Made by a program: the position numbers and the translations under genes
From: Nitrospinales bacterium
GTDB lineage: Bacteria; Nitrospinota; Nitrospinia; Nitrospinales; VA-1
DNA length: 64,000 nt
Direction: 5' to 3'
NCBI GenBank assembly: GCA_965223345.1
Contig: CBDCWG010000012.1
Location: forward strand, 480,001-544,000
The notes under the pieces: model-generated
What the model was told of the DNA's origin: nothing
The model's database searches: none
The model's input: only the letters and a program-made list of their open reading frames with translations
Shown here: piece by piece, positions 31,733 to 44,680 of the stretch
Numbering within the stretch: position 1 is the stretch's first letter
How the letters are laid out: every line of letters starts with the position of its first letter

Positions 31733-33085
31733 ATGAAGACAGGCAACGGCAACCAGAGAGGTTTTTGGGCATCCCGGCTGGGCTTCATCCTCGCGGCGTC
31801 CGGTTCGGCCATCGGCCTGGGCAACATCTGGAAGTTCCCCTATATCACGGGACAAAACGGCGGCGGCGCGTTCGTGCTGATCTATCTGGTGTGCATCTTC
31901 GTGGTGGGGCTGCCGATCATGCTGTCGGAATTCACGCTCGGCCGCAAGACCCAGCTCAACCCGGTGGGGGCGTTCGACGCGCTCAAGCCCAAATCCCCCT
32001 GGGTGGGCATCGGTTTCATGGGCGTGCTGGCGGGCTTTCTCATCCTGTCCTTTTACGGCGTGGTCGGCGGCTGGACGCTGGCTTACGTCGTCAAGTCGGT
32101 CACGCAGTCGGCGCTGGCGTTCGACGACCCGCAGGCGGCGGGCGCCTTTTTCGGCAAGTTCATCGGCAACACGGGCGAGGTGCTGCTCTACCACGCGCTG
32201 TTCATGGCGATCTGCATCGGCATCGTCATCAAGGGCGTGCACGGCGGCATCGAACGCGCCTGCGACATCCTGATGCCGACGCTGTTCGTCATCCTGCTGC
32301 TGCTCATGGTGCGCTCGCTCACGCTTCCGGGAGCGATGGAGGGCGTGAAGTTCTACCTGTATCCGGATTTCAGCAAGATCTCGCCGGGCGTCGTTCTCAT
32401 CGCCATGGGGCAGGCGTTCTTCTCGCTGAGCCTGGGCATGGGCGCGATGCTGACCTACGGCAGCTACCTCTCCGGCAAGGAAAACCTCACCTCGGTGACG
32501 GTGTACGTGGTGCTGTTCGACACGATGATCGCGCTGCTGGTGGGCATGGTGATCTTTCCGGCGGTGTTCGCCATGGGCCTGGAGCCCGCGGAAGGGCCGA
32601 GCCTGGTGTTCAACGTGCTGCCGGCGGTGTTCTCCAGCATGCCGATGGGCTCGCTGTTCGCCATCATCTTTTTCGCGCTGCTGGTGATCGCGGCGGTGAC
32701 CTCGGGCATCTCGCTGTTGGAAGTGGTGGTCGCCTACTTCATCGACCAGAAAGGCTGGAGCCGCAAAAAAGCCGTGCTCACCGTCGGGTCGATCATCTTC
32801 GCGTTCGGAGTGCCTTCGGGTCTGTCCTTCGGCGTGATGAGCGACGTCAAGATCATGGGCATGACGTTTTTCGACAACGTGGACAACATCGCCTCCAACT
32901 ACCTGCTTCCGCTGGGCGGCATGCTGACGGCGATTTTCGTCGGCTGGGTCTGGGGCACGAAGGCGGCGGAAGAGGAGATCGAAAAACACGAAACCACATT
33001 CCACTGGGCGCACGCCTGGGGGATTCTCATCCGCTACGTCACCCCCGTCGCCGTCGCCATCGTTTTTCTCGCGCATTTCTTCTGA
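31733..33085 (+). CDS. Sodium-dependent transporter, NSS/SNF (LeuT-like) family
   Basis: GSAIGLGNIWKFPY, GGGAF, GQAFFSLSLG and EGPSLVF motifs; multiple TM helices. Confidence 0.93.
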   Translation: MKTGNGNQRGFWASRLGFILAASGSAIGLGNIWKFPYITGQNGGGAFVLIYLVCIFVVGLPIMLSEFTLGRKTQLNPVGAFDALKPKSPWVGIGFMGVLAGFLILSFYGVVGGWTLAYVVKSVTQSALAFDDPQAAGAFFGKFIGNTGEVLLYHALFMAICIGIVIKGVHGGIERACDILMPTLFVILLLLMVRSLTLPGAMEGVKFYLYPDFSKISPGVVLIAMGQAFFSLSLGMGAMLTYGSYLSGKENLTSVTVYVVLFDTMIALLVGMVIFPAVFAMGLEPAEGPSLVFNVLPAVFSSMPMGSLFAIIFFALLVIAAVTSGISLLEVVVAYFIDQKGWSRKKAVLTVGSIIFAFGVPSGLSFGVMSDVKIMGMTFFDNVDNIASNYLLPLGGMLTAIFVGWVWGTKAAEEEIEKHETTFHWAHAWGILIRYVTPVAVAIVFLAHFF

Positions 33086-33192
33086 TTCCCTAACCTAACA
33101 TTCCCCGTTTGCAAACAACGCTGGACGCCGCGCCGCCCGCCGTCTTAAGATAGCCTCTTTCCTCAATCATCCGTGACCAACAGGAGCGAACG

Positions 33193-33414
33193 ATGGCGCA
33201 AAAACAATACAAGGTGGAGATCGTCAAGGAAGGCGCACTGGGAACGCTGTTTCTCGGGGCCAGCAAACTGCCCATAGACAAACTGGAAGACACGCTGAAC
33301 GATTTCGGCAAGGAAGGCTGGGACCTGGAGTTCATGGTGATCGAGAGCCACCGGTTCATGCTGTTCTGGACGCGGGAAGCGGCGATCATCACCCTTTCCC
33401 GGACGTTGGCATAG
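33193..33414 (+). CDS. DUF4177-like small protein
   Basis: QYKV...LEDTLNDFGKEGWDL pattern; AGGAG RBS. Confidence 0.75.
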   Translation: MAQKQYKVEIVKEGALGTLFLGASKLPIDKLEDTLNDFGKEGWDLEFMVIESHRFMLFWTREAAIITLSRTLA

Positions 33415-33490
33415 ACGGTATTTTTTTCACCACGCCGCCCGCCGGGAGGCGTACAATAAAGGCATACCCGATAAAAAAACTCAGAGGTGC

Positions 33491-33898
33491 GTGCTCATGA
33501 AACGCTTGTCCCTGATTTTTGTTGTGCTGGCGGCCCTGGGGTGGAGCGCCCCGGTGTGGGCGCAGAATGCCGACGCCTGCAAGCCGCCTTACAAGCCTAA
33601 TAATATCTTCAAACTGCTGGTGAACTACACCCCCACTCTGGAATGGATCGCGCAGACGCCGGACAGCTGCGGCAATCGCAGTCCCTTCACCCAGAGTTTG
33701 AAAAAGCTGGTCAGCGACACCTGGGTCATGACCCAGGGCTGCATCGACGTGACGATCGAAGACATCGAGCTGGCGGAAAAACAGCGCAAGGTCGCCACAA
33801 AGATGTCGAAGCGGGAACGCGCGATCGCAACGAAAAAGTCGGTCAGAGTTTTCCCTGCGTCGCCGCGCGGTATTCCTTCGCAAAGCGCGGGAGGTTGA
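33491..33898 (+). CDS. Hypothetical exported protein
   Basis: Signal peptide ending VWA-Q; GAGG RBS; 3' end overlaps the convergent M48-like gene. Confidence 0.6.
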   Translation: MLMKRLSLIFVVLAALGWSAPVWAQNADACKPPYKPNNIFKLLVNYTPTLEWIAQTPDSCGNRSPFTQSLKKLVSDTWVMTQGCIDVTIEDIELAEKQRKVATKMSKRERAIATKKSVRVFPASPRGIPSQSAGG

Positions 33899-34682
33899 AA
33901 TCCTTGGGATGGTTTTGCAGATGCGCGAGCAGCCTGCGGTAGCGCTGCTCTGGCTGCGGCGGGTGTTTTAAAAAGGCCGGCCCGTTTGTGGGCCGGGCGA
34001 CCATGCGTTTTTCCAGCACGTGTTTCAGGCCGCCGGGATGGTAGCCCAGCCGGCGCGCGTATTCGGCGGCCTTGCGATCCGCTTCGTATTCCAGCGCCGC
34101 ATCCAGCCCCCGTTCGAACACCCGATCCCCCGCAAGATCCGTCAGCCGCTGCAAAGGCGCGGGGTTGAAACCCGCAAGCCCCGGCACGAGAGCGCCGAAG
34201 CCCGGAAATTGCGCGTTCGCTTCCAGCGTTTTCAACACGTGGCGGCCGCTGATGTGGGCGATGGCGTGCCCCAGCACCCCCGCCAGTTGCGACTCGTCCG
34301 CCACCAGCCTCAACATCCCCCGGCTCACGAACACATAACCGCCCAGCAGACCGATTGAAAAAGGCACGGCGCTGTCAAGCACCGCGAAACGGTATTCCAC
34401 ACCCGGCCTTTCGGCGGCCTGCGCGACCGCCTGCCCGACGAGCGCGACGTAACGGCGCAACGCCTTATCCTCGATAACCGGACCGTGCTCGCGAAACATG
34501 CGGATGGCGAGCGATCGGCCGATCAACTGTTCCTCCTTGAGCCCGATGGGCGAGGCGTAGCCCAGCGGCCGCACGGGCCCCGCACCGATCTCGATGGCAG
34601 GCCCGCCCCCAATGCCCACGGAACCGGCGCAGGCGGTGAGAACGCAAAGGCACGCGCTCAACAGCAGTTTCCTGAAATTCAT
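33843..34682 (-). CDS. M48 peptidase-like lipoprotein with degenerate HExxH (HAIAH)
   Basis: Lipobox LTAC, GGYVFVSRG, QLAGVLGHAIAH, EYEAD, GYHP and HP...R motifs. Confidence 0.8.
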   Translation of the reverse strand: MNFRKLLLSACLCVLTACAGSVGIGGGPAIEIGAGPVRPLGYASPIGLKEEQLIGRSLAIRMFREHGPVIEDKALRRYVALVGQAVAQAAERPGVEYRFAVLDSAVPFSIGLLGGYVFVSRGMLRLVADESQLAGVLGHAIAHISGRHVLKTLEANAQFPGFGALVPGLAGFNPAPLQRLTDLAGDRVFERGLDAALEYEADRKAAEYARRLGYHPGGLKHVLEKRMVARPTNGPAFLKHPPQPEQRYRRLLAHLQNHPKDFNLPRFAKEYRAATQGKL

Positions 34683-34728
34683 TTTCGATTCAAACCTCGT
34701 TCGCGGCTGAATTGGTTTTGCAGCAAAG

Positions 34729-35280
34729 CTAGTTGGCATTGCCTTCGGCTTTCTGGTACGGCCCCAAACCGCGGGCGGACAGAAACGCGTCCAGCTCTTC
34801 CGGCGTCACCTGCGGGACTTCCATCGCCTCGACCGCCTGAATGTCGGCGCCGGACGCTCCGGACTGCACGGCTTTTTCGTCGAGCAGCGGTTTCAAACCG
34901 CGGATCATGGAACCCGAGTCCGCTTCTTTCGCGGCGATCACCGGGCCGTTGCCGAGCACGCCCCAGAGCCCCGGATCGAACGCCGGGTCCACCGGCGCCT
35001 GCGGCGAGAGCTTGAACTTGTACACCCAGCCGGTGTCGCCTTCGGGCAGTTTCACCTGATAAAAAATGCGGGATTTTTTCAGCACCTCCACCGGCGCACC
35101 GATGCCGAGAATGCGGACCACGGGAGCACGGGCCGAGGCGGCATCGCGCAGCTTGGTGCCCGAACGCTTCACGTACAGCGTTTCGGCGAATGCGCTGACA
35201 GGAAAGAAAAAACCATTCGCGAGCCACACGCAGGTCAAAAGAAAAACCACCCGGCTCTTGCAAAACGGATGTGCGGTCAT
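34729..35280 (-). CDS. Exported bacterial SH3-domain protein
   Basis: Signal peptide ending AFA; KLRDAASARAPVV...FYQVKLPEGDTGWV. Confidence 0.75.
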   Translation of the reverse strand: MTAHPFCKSRVVFLLTCVWLANGFFFPVSAFAETLYVKRSGTKLRDAASARAPVVRILGIGAPVEVLKKSRIFYQVKLPEGDTGWVYKFKLSPQAPVDPAFDPGLWGVLGNGPVIAAKEADSGSMIRGLKPLLDEKAVQSGASGADIQAVEAMEVPQVTPEELDAFLSARGLGPYQKAEGNAN

Positions 35281-35310
35281 GGATGTGAGCGGATTTCGGG
35301 AACGCAACGA

Positions 35311-36414
35311 TCAGGGCTGATGCTGGAATTTCTGGCCGCGGCAAATGAGATCCAGGGAAGGCAGGGTGACTTCCTTGCCGTGGCAGGGTTCGACCTGGCC
35401 GATGACGCGGCAGTCCACCTCGTGCTCCCTGGCGACGGCGGTGACGGCTTCCGCATCCTTGGTGCTTTCGACGATGAGGCAGAAACCGACGCCCATGTTG
35501 AACACTTCGTGCATTTCGGCGTCGCTGACTTCGCCGCGGTCCTGAACGAGGCGGAACACCGGCGGCACCGGCGGCGGCGCGTCGATGACGAAGCGGATGT
35601 TCTCCGCTTCGACGCGGTTCAGGTTGCCGTAGCCGCCGCTGGTGATGTGCACCATGGCCTTGAGGTCGATGCCGGATTCGAGCATGTCGAAAACCGGTTT
35701 GACGTAGATGCGGGTCGGCTCCAGCAGCTCTTCGCCGAGGGTGCGGCCGAGCTTGTCCTCGAACTGGTTGACGGCTTCTTTCTGCTCCTCCCAGTGGGAA
35801 CCGAGCAGCACTTTGCGGGCGAGGGTGAGGCCGTTGGAATGCACGCCGGTCGAAGCGAGCCCGAGGATCAGGTTGCCGGGGCGGACGTCTTTGCCGGTGT
35901 TGACCTTGTCGAGAGCGACGTGGCCGATGCAGGCGCCGATCAGGTCGATGCCGCTGATGATCTCGCGGATCTGCGAGATCTCGCCGCCGGAGATGCTGAT
36001 CCCGGCCTGCCACGCGCCTTCGGCGAGGCCTTTGCCCAGCTGGGTGAACACGTCTGCGTCGGTGAAGGAGCAGGCGATGTAATCCACCATGCTGACCGGC
36101 CGCGCGCCGACGCAGAGGATGTCGTTGACGTTCATGGCCACGCAGTCGATGCCGATGGTGTCGTATTTCTGCATAAGCTCGGCGACCAGCACTTTGGTGC
36201 CGACGCCGTCGGTGCCGAACGCGATGCCCTGGCCTGAGCCGATGTCGATGACGTTGGCGAAGTAACCGATGTCCGCCGCCAGCGGATAGCGTTCGTTGTA
36301 GGTGCGGCTCGGCAGGATGTGCTGCAACAGGCCGGACAGGGCCCCTTCCGCGCCCTGGCTGTCCACGCCGCTTTCAGCGTATTTGGACGTTTCTGTGGAT
36401 TCGGATTTGCTCAT
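35311..36414 (-). CDS. purM: Phosphoribosylformylglycinamidine cyclo-ligase (AIR synthetase)
   Basis: YAESGVD, TDGVGTK, VAMNVND, GVHSNG, LLEPTRIY, HITSGG and FNMGVG motifs. Confidence 0.95.
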   Translation of the reverse strand: MSKSESTETSKYAESGVDSQGAEGALSGLLQHILPSRTYNERYPLAADIGYFANVIDIGSGQGIAFGTDGVGTKVLVAELMQKYDTIGIDCVAMNVNDILCVGARPVSMVDYIACSFTDADVFTQLGKGLAEGAWQAGISISGGEISQIREIISGIDLIGACIGHVALDKVNTGKDVRPGNLILGLASTGVHSNGLTLARKVLLGSHWEEQKEAVNQFEDKLGRTLGEELLEPTRIYVKPVFDMLESGIDLKAMVHITSGGYGNLNRVEAENIRFVIDAPPPVPPVFRLVQDRGEVSDAEMHEVFNMGVGFCLIVESTKDAEAVTAVAREHEVDCRVIGQVEPCHGKEVTLPSLDLICRGQKFQHQP

Positions 36415-36616
36415 GCGCTCCCGCGAGATCGGTGGTTTCCGGGTGCGATCGGCCGTCATGCCGCCGCCGCAAACGGGCGCTGGCGAAAACGCATCGGCCT
36501 GCGATTCCGGAATTTGCGCCTATCTTACCATTAAACGGCGGTGGCGTCAGCGCTGAGTTGCGCGGGTGGGTTTTCGGGCGATATGGCTCCCAAGCGGGTG
36601 TAAAAGCCGGTTCGGC

Positions 36617-38041
36617 TTAGGGGTACACGCCCATGGTGCGGTAGCTGTTGTGGATTTTTTCGATCGCCAGCGCCATGGCGGCGACGCGGAAGCTTTCGAT
36701 CGCGTCGTTCTTCCAGTAGTAGTCGCGGATTTCGTTCCAGGCCTTGCGCATGGTGTCGTCCAGCCCGGAACGCACCAGGTCGATCTCCTCGGAGCCCTGG
36801 CAGATCTCCTTGGCCAGCGCCGGGGGAACGGTGTGTCCGGACCCTTCGATGGCTTTCAGCAGAAGCAGGTTTTTGCTTTCCTCGTAGCGGCGCTGGATGC
36901 GGCCGAAGCGGATGTGCGACAGGTTTTTGATCCATTCGAAATAGGAAACGATGACGCCGCCGGCGTTGAGGTACACGTCCGGGATGCTGACGATGCCCTT
37001 TTCGCGCAGGATGGCTTCGGCTGCGAAGGTCACCGGTCCGTTGGCCGCTTCCGCCACGACCCGGGCCTTGATGCGCGCGGCGTTCTGCTGGTTGATGACG
37101 CCTTCCATCGCGGCGGGAACCAGGATGTCGCAGTCATTTTCCAGCACGGACCTGCCCTCTTCGATGTACTGCGCCCGCGTGTAGCCTTTGACGCCGCCGT
37201 TCGCCACTTTGTGCCGGTACACGGCTTCCACATCCAGGCATTCGGAGTGAACCAGTGCGCCGTCGTGCTCGATGATGCCGACGATCTTGGCTCCGTCTTC
37301 TTCCTGCAGGATCTTGGCGGTGTAGTAGCCGACGTTGCCCAGCCCCTGAATGATGACCCGCTTGCCTTCCAGGCTGCCGCCCAGTTTCGCCAGTTTGGCG
37401 TCTTCCGGGTTGCGGAAAAATTCCCTGAGACCGAACACCACGCCGCGGCCGGTCGCTTCCACGCGCCCCTGGATGCCGCCCATCGAGACGGGCTTGCCGG
37501 TGACACAGGCCAGGTGGTCGATGTCGTTGGGTTTGTGCGAGGTGTAGGTGCTGACGATCCAGGCCATTTCCCGCTGGCCGGTGCCCATGTCCGGCGCCGG
37601 GACGTTGGTTCCGGAGCCGATGTAATCTTTTTGAATGAGTTCGAAGGCGAACCGGCGGGTGATGCGCTCCATGGTTTCGCGGTCGTATTTCTGCGGGTCG
37701 ATCAGCAGGCCGCCTTTGGACCCGCCGAAAGGCACATCGACCAGGGCGCATTTGTAGGACATGAGCGCCGCCAGCGCCTCGACTTCGTCCTGATCCACCA
37801 GGGGAGAAAAACGGATGCCGCCTTTGACCGGGAGTTTGTGATCGCTGTGCACCGCGCGCCAGCCGATGAAGGTCTCAATCTTGCCGTCGATTTTGACGGG
37901 AAAGCGGACCTGGTAGACGTTGTTGACGTTGCGGATGTACTGGGCCATTCCCTCGGGAATATCCAGCACCGCGCGGGCCAGATCGAAACTGAAGTTGACG
38001 CTCTCTTTGAAACCGATTTCTTTACTCGCGGGCACAGACAT
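36617..38041 (-). CDS. gdhA: Glu/Leu/Phe/Val dehydrogenase (glutamate dehydrogenase)
   Basis: KGGIRF, VPFGGSKGG, PAPDMGT, VTGKP, QGLGNVG, EAANGP and NAGGVIVSYFEW motifs; start placed at ATG 38041 behind AAGGA. Confidence 0.92.
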   Translation of the reverse strand: MSVPASKEIGFKESVNFSFDLARAVLDIPEGMAQYIRNVNNVYQVRFPVKIDGKIETFIGWRAVHSDHKLPVKGGIRFSPLVDQDEVEALAALMSYKCALVDVPFGGSKGGLLIDPQKYDRETMERITRRFAFELIQKDYIGSGTNVPAPDMGTGQREMAWIVSTYTSHKPNDIDHLACVTGKPVSMGGIQGRVEATGRGVVFGLREFFRNPEDAKLAKLGGSLEGKRVIIQGLGNVGYYTAKILQEEDGAKIVGIIEHDGALVHSECLDVEAVYRHKVANGGVKGYTRAQYIEEGRSVLENDCDILVPAAMEGVINQQNAARIKARVVAEAANGPVTFAAEAILREKGIVSIPDVYLNAGGVIVSYFEWIKNLSHIRFGRIQRRYEESKNLLLLKAIEGSGHTVPPALAKEICQGSEEIDLVRSGLDDTMRKAWNEIRDYYWKNDAIESFRVAAMALAIEKIHNSYRTMGVYP

Positions 38042-38387
38042 GTCGGGTTCCTTTATGGTGGAGTCTTGCGGCCGGGACCCCCGGCGCATGAATTTATCTA
38101 ATTTCAATAATTTATAGAATAACTCCAGTATAATCAAAAAACGGCAAGCGCAAAGCCTTACTTTCCAATACTTTCCGCGATTGCCGCGCAAATGGCGGAA
38201 TATCAAGGGGAAACTCATAAAAATTACACTTAAAATCTAGGTAACATGTTTGTTTTCAGGCGTCTTTTCAGCGTCATTGCCGCTCAGCAGGCGGGGGGCG
38301 TGTGGACAAGGCGGCATAAAACCGTTATCCTGAAAGCGTCAAGCCTTTTAAATTCAATAGCTAAAAGCCGCCCCGCGGCGATTCATC

Positions 38388-38807
38388 ATGATCCAGGCCG
38401 AGCATCGGATTCAGGTTGCCACACAGGGCAAGGGACTCTACAACATCCAGAGACAGATCGATGCCTGGATGGCGGAACAGAAGATACGGACGGGCCTGTT
38501 GACGGTGTTCATCCGGCACACGTCGGCTTCCCTGATCGTGCAGGAAAACGCCGACCCGGACGTGTTGGCGGACCTCAGGGATTTTTTTGCGCGTCTGGTT
38601 CCCGACGGCGACGCCGCCTACCGGCACAGCTCGGAGGGTCCGGACGACATGCCGGCGCACATCCGCGCGGTGCTCAGCCAGACCCAGATTGCGGTCCCGG
38701 TATCCCGGGGACGGCTGGCGCTCGGGACCTGGCAGGACATTTACGTTTTCGAACACCGCACGGCCCCGCACCGGCGGGAAGTGGCGCTGCACCTCATCGG
38801 AGAATGA
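38388..38807 (+). CDS. yjbQ: YjbQ / UPF0047 family protein
   Basis: HTSASLIVQENADPDV, EGPDDMPAHI and LGTWQ motifs. Confidence 0.9.
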   Translation: MIQAEHRIQVATQGKGLYNIQRQIDAWMAEQKIRTGLLTVFIRHTSASLIVQENADPDVLADLRDFFARLVPDGDAAYRHSSEGPDDMPAHIRAVLSQTQIAVPVSRGRLALGTWQDIYVFEHRTAPHRREVALHLIGE

Positions 38808-38847
38808 GCGGCGGCATCGGATCCAAAAAACTTTTGGGAGCTCGAAC

Positions 38848-39714
38848 ATGTTCACGCGATTCAGGCGAAGCGGCAACATTGAGAAGGCGCGTCGTGGCAA
38901 CGGGTTTCTGCGAAACACGATCCTCGTCTTCGCGTCTGCGTGGGTTTTTCTGCTGAGCGGATGCGGGAACGACGCCGCGACCGAATCCGCCGGCAACCCC
39001 GATGTTAAGAAAGTGCATCCCAAAATCGCAAAAGCCCGCGAGCTGGTGAAAAGCAAGGACTACGAAGGCGCGATCGTCGCAGCGCACGAGCTGCTCGCCA
39101 AAGAGCGGAAAAACACCGATGCCATTGCGTACATGGGATACATTTATCTGCAGCAAAAACGCTTTCACGATGCGGTGGTGTGGACGGAGAGGGCCCTGAA
39201 AATCGATCCGTACCTGGCTCTGCCGCTGGCGGTGCAGGCCAGTGTGAAATTTCATACACGCCGTTTCGATGCGGCGCTCGAACAGGCCCGCAAGGCGTTG
39301 CTCATCGACCCGAAAACGGCGCTGGCTTACCGGGTGATCGGAGAAATCTATTTGCGCCGGGGCTACCTGGAACAAAGCGTTCAGGTTCTCAAGCAGGCGG
39401 CCGCTCTGGAACCGGATGACGCAGAACTGCTCAACCTTTTGAGTTCGGCGTATCTGAAAACCAAGAACTACCCCGCCGCTTTGAAAGTGCTTCTGAAAGC
39501 CAATGAGCTGGATGGAGAAATGGCGGGCGCGCATTTGAACCTCGCCCTGACCTACGCCGCCATGGATAAGGGCATGCAGGCTCTCAAGCACATCGGCATC
39601 GCGGAAGTCCTGTATGTCGAAGCCGAAAACAGGCAGTGGGTGGCCAAGGTGCGCGACGTCCGCCGCAATATCGAAAGAAAATTCAATGTAGCGCCGGAAC
39701 AGATGGTGCACTGA
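38848..39714 (+). CDS. TPR-repeat lipoprotein
   Basis: Lipobox LLSGC followed by TPR repeats; start uncertain. Confidence 0.8.
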   Translation: MFTRFRRSGNIEKARRGNGFLRNTILVFASAWVFLLSGCGNDAATESAGNPDVKKVHPKIAKARELVKSKDYEGAIVAAHELLAKERKNTDAIAYMGYIYLQQKRFHDAVVWTERALKIDPYLALPLAVQASVKFHTRRFDAALEQARKALLIDPKTALAYRVIGEIYLRRGYLEQSVQVLKQAAALEPDDAELLNLLSSAYLKTKNYPAALKVLLKANELDGEMAGAHLNLALTYAAMDKGMQALKHIGIAEVLYVEAENRQWVAKVRDVRRNIERKFNVAPEQMVH

Positions 39715-40169
39715 CCGGTTTTTCCGGCCCGCGTCCGAAAGCCCCGCCTCCGCAATCAAAGCGCAGCGCTTTACGTTTCAATCATTTTCCTTCTAGTCGC
39801 GCTTTATGGCAGCTCCGAAAGAACGAGACGGGTCCCACCGGTATTAACTCCCGATACGGCAACTGTTTTGAGCCGACGCTCCCAAACCGCCTTCTCGGAA
39901 AGTCGAAATATCTCAATGGATTACTAGACTTGTCCGAACCATTCATTTACAATAACCCATAAAACATCTTCATTTACATTACATCTGATTGTTGAATTTT
40001 GCGTGCAGGGATGTGTGCGTTCGCACTGAGTTGCGATCCGCATTCCTTAGATGTGCAACGCGGTGTCGTTTGCAAATTCGCCGAACGAATTTTTTTTTAA
40101 AGCGGTCTTTGACCGCAACATTTGTTTTTGTAACCCGGCCTCAACTTTATTACAACCACGTGCTGCCTT

Positions 40170-43058
<2,889 letters not shown>

Positions 43059-43222
43059 CATTTCCTTACAACCTTAATGGAAGCGTCCCGTTATCCCGGG
43101 ATGGTCTGCGGGTTTTGACGGCCGGTCTCGGTCATCCAAAACCGGCAATGCGGATTTTCAATGGTTTTTCACACAACGGGTGAGGACGAAATACGGGTGC
43201 GGTGCGGAACGGGGATGGCCGG

Positions 43223-43438
43223 TCACTGGTCTTTGGACACAACCGTGCGCCATTTGGTGCTTTTTAGATAAATCAGCATGTTGGGGGAGTTCTGCATGTG
43301 GTTGACGGCGACCACCTCCCAGTACCGGCTGCCCATGTCGGAAAGCTTTCGTTCCAGCTCGATCACTTCCCCCTCGGACGTCGGGATGGGTTCTTTCAAG
43401 ATCTTGTAATTCCATTGATATTTTTCAAATGCGGCCAT
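43223..43438 (-). CDS. Small hypothetical protein (DUF4177-like)
   Basis: MAAFEKYQWNYKIL...LSDMGSRYWEVV; AGGA RBS upstream of ATG 43438. Confidence 0.6.
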   Translation of the reverse strand: MAAFEKYQWNYKILKEPIPTSEGEVIELERKLSDMGSRYWEVVAVNHMQNSPNMLIYLKSTKWRTVVSKDQ

Positions 43439-43907
43439 GGAGGGTCCTTCCTGTTCTGAGGTCGATTTGCAGCCTTTTCCCGCCGTGAAGCCGGATTTTT
43501 CCTGCATCCCGCCGGCACAGCCGCGAAAAAAGACAACCACTGGGAAAATGAAAGCAATCTTTATACCAATAATAAGGAAAGCTTCGGGCCGGGAACCGGG
43601 GGATAGAAGCATTCCGGAACCACTGAGACTGCGGTGAGCGATGCGGGCTGACGGAATTTCCCGCAGCGGGCTGGCATCCTCTCCGCCACCGCGAAAATAG
43701 TCACCCGTAACTGATTGTGAATAAACAGGTTATGCGATCATCGCATAGAGATTTGTATTTCCGGCTCTAATCTTTCCCCGGTTTCCGGCGAGGGGGCCCC
43801 ACGCCACAAACGGTCTGGTTTTCCGGCTGCTGGGGCCGTTTCAGGCTGGCAGCTAAGCGGATGCACCGGCTCTCAGGCCCGTGGCGGGAGGGAAAATCCG
43901 CCCCGAT

Positions 43908-43924
43908 TTGACAAATTTTGTCAA
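43908..43924. promoter_or_regulatory. Palindromic operator candidate
   Basis: TTGACAAA-T-TTTGTCAA perfect inverted repeat in a long divergent intergenic region; partial second copy (AATTTTGTCA) at ~43955-43964. Confidence 0.45.
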
Positions 43925-44135
43925 TCAATCGGGCTTTGGGCAAAAATCCTCACGAATTTTGTCATCCCAAACGGCGATCCCGCACTAGATTGTCATATGT
44001 GGTAAATCTTGCTGTTGAATTTCTGGGCTTTGGCGGGGCGGCATGGGACTTGCTCTTCCAGGTGATAGAAGCAGCAATGCCGTAATCGGGATCGCCGCTT
44101 CCCATATTCACAGTACAGTGAGGAGGAATGTCATC

Positions 44136-44486
44136 ATGGTTACTGAGAACCGAAGTCTGGCCCGTTCGTTGTTCGTTCGCAAAGCCATTTTGAGAATGCT
44201 CGAAATCGTGATGGGTCTCAACCATCCCTGGGTCGCCAAATACCTCAACTATTTGGGTAAGAATTACAAGGTCAAGGGAAACACCGCGAAAGCGGAACTG
44301 TTCTATGTGCGTTCGTTGCAGATTCGCGAGGACGTGCTGGGACCGGAACACCCTGAGGTTGCGGATTCGTTGACGCGCCTTGCCGGTCTGTATGAGGACA
44401 TGAAGGATTACGCGCGCTCCAAGCCGCTGTACCAGCGTGCCGAGAAGATCGGCCAGGAACATCCCGGACAGGCCGTCGCCTGCTGA
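44136..44486 (+). CDS. Small TPR protein (kinesin light chain-like 42-aa repeats)
   Basis: HPWVAKYLNYLG and LGPEHPEVADSLTRLAGLY repeats; GAGGAGG RBS. Confidence 0.8.
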   Translation: MVTENRSLARSLFVRKAILRMLEIVMGLNHPWVAKYLNYLGKNYKVKGNTAKAELFYVRSLQIREDVLGPEHPEVADSLTRLAGLYEDMKDYARSKPLYQRAEKIGQEHPGQAVAC

Positions 44487-44680
44487 AGCCTCACCGGCTT
44501 CATGCGGGCGGCTCGCCTTCTGTGTGGGAAAAAGCTCTCCCATCCAGAGGACCGTTGAACCGGCCGCTGCCGGGCCTCGCGCCCCGATCCAACCGAAGCG
44601 CCGCCGGCTGTCTCCCGCCGCATTCCTTTCGAACCCATCCGAATATTCCCATCGCACTACCGCATTCCGGGCATCGCCCT

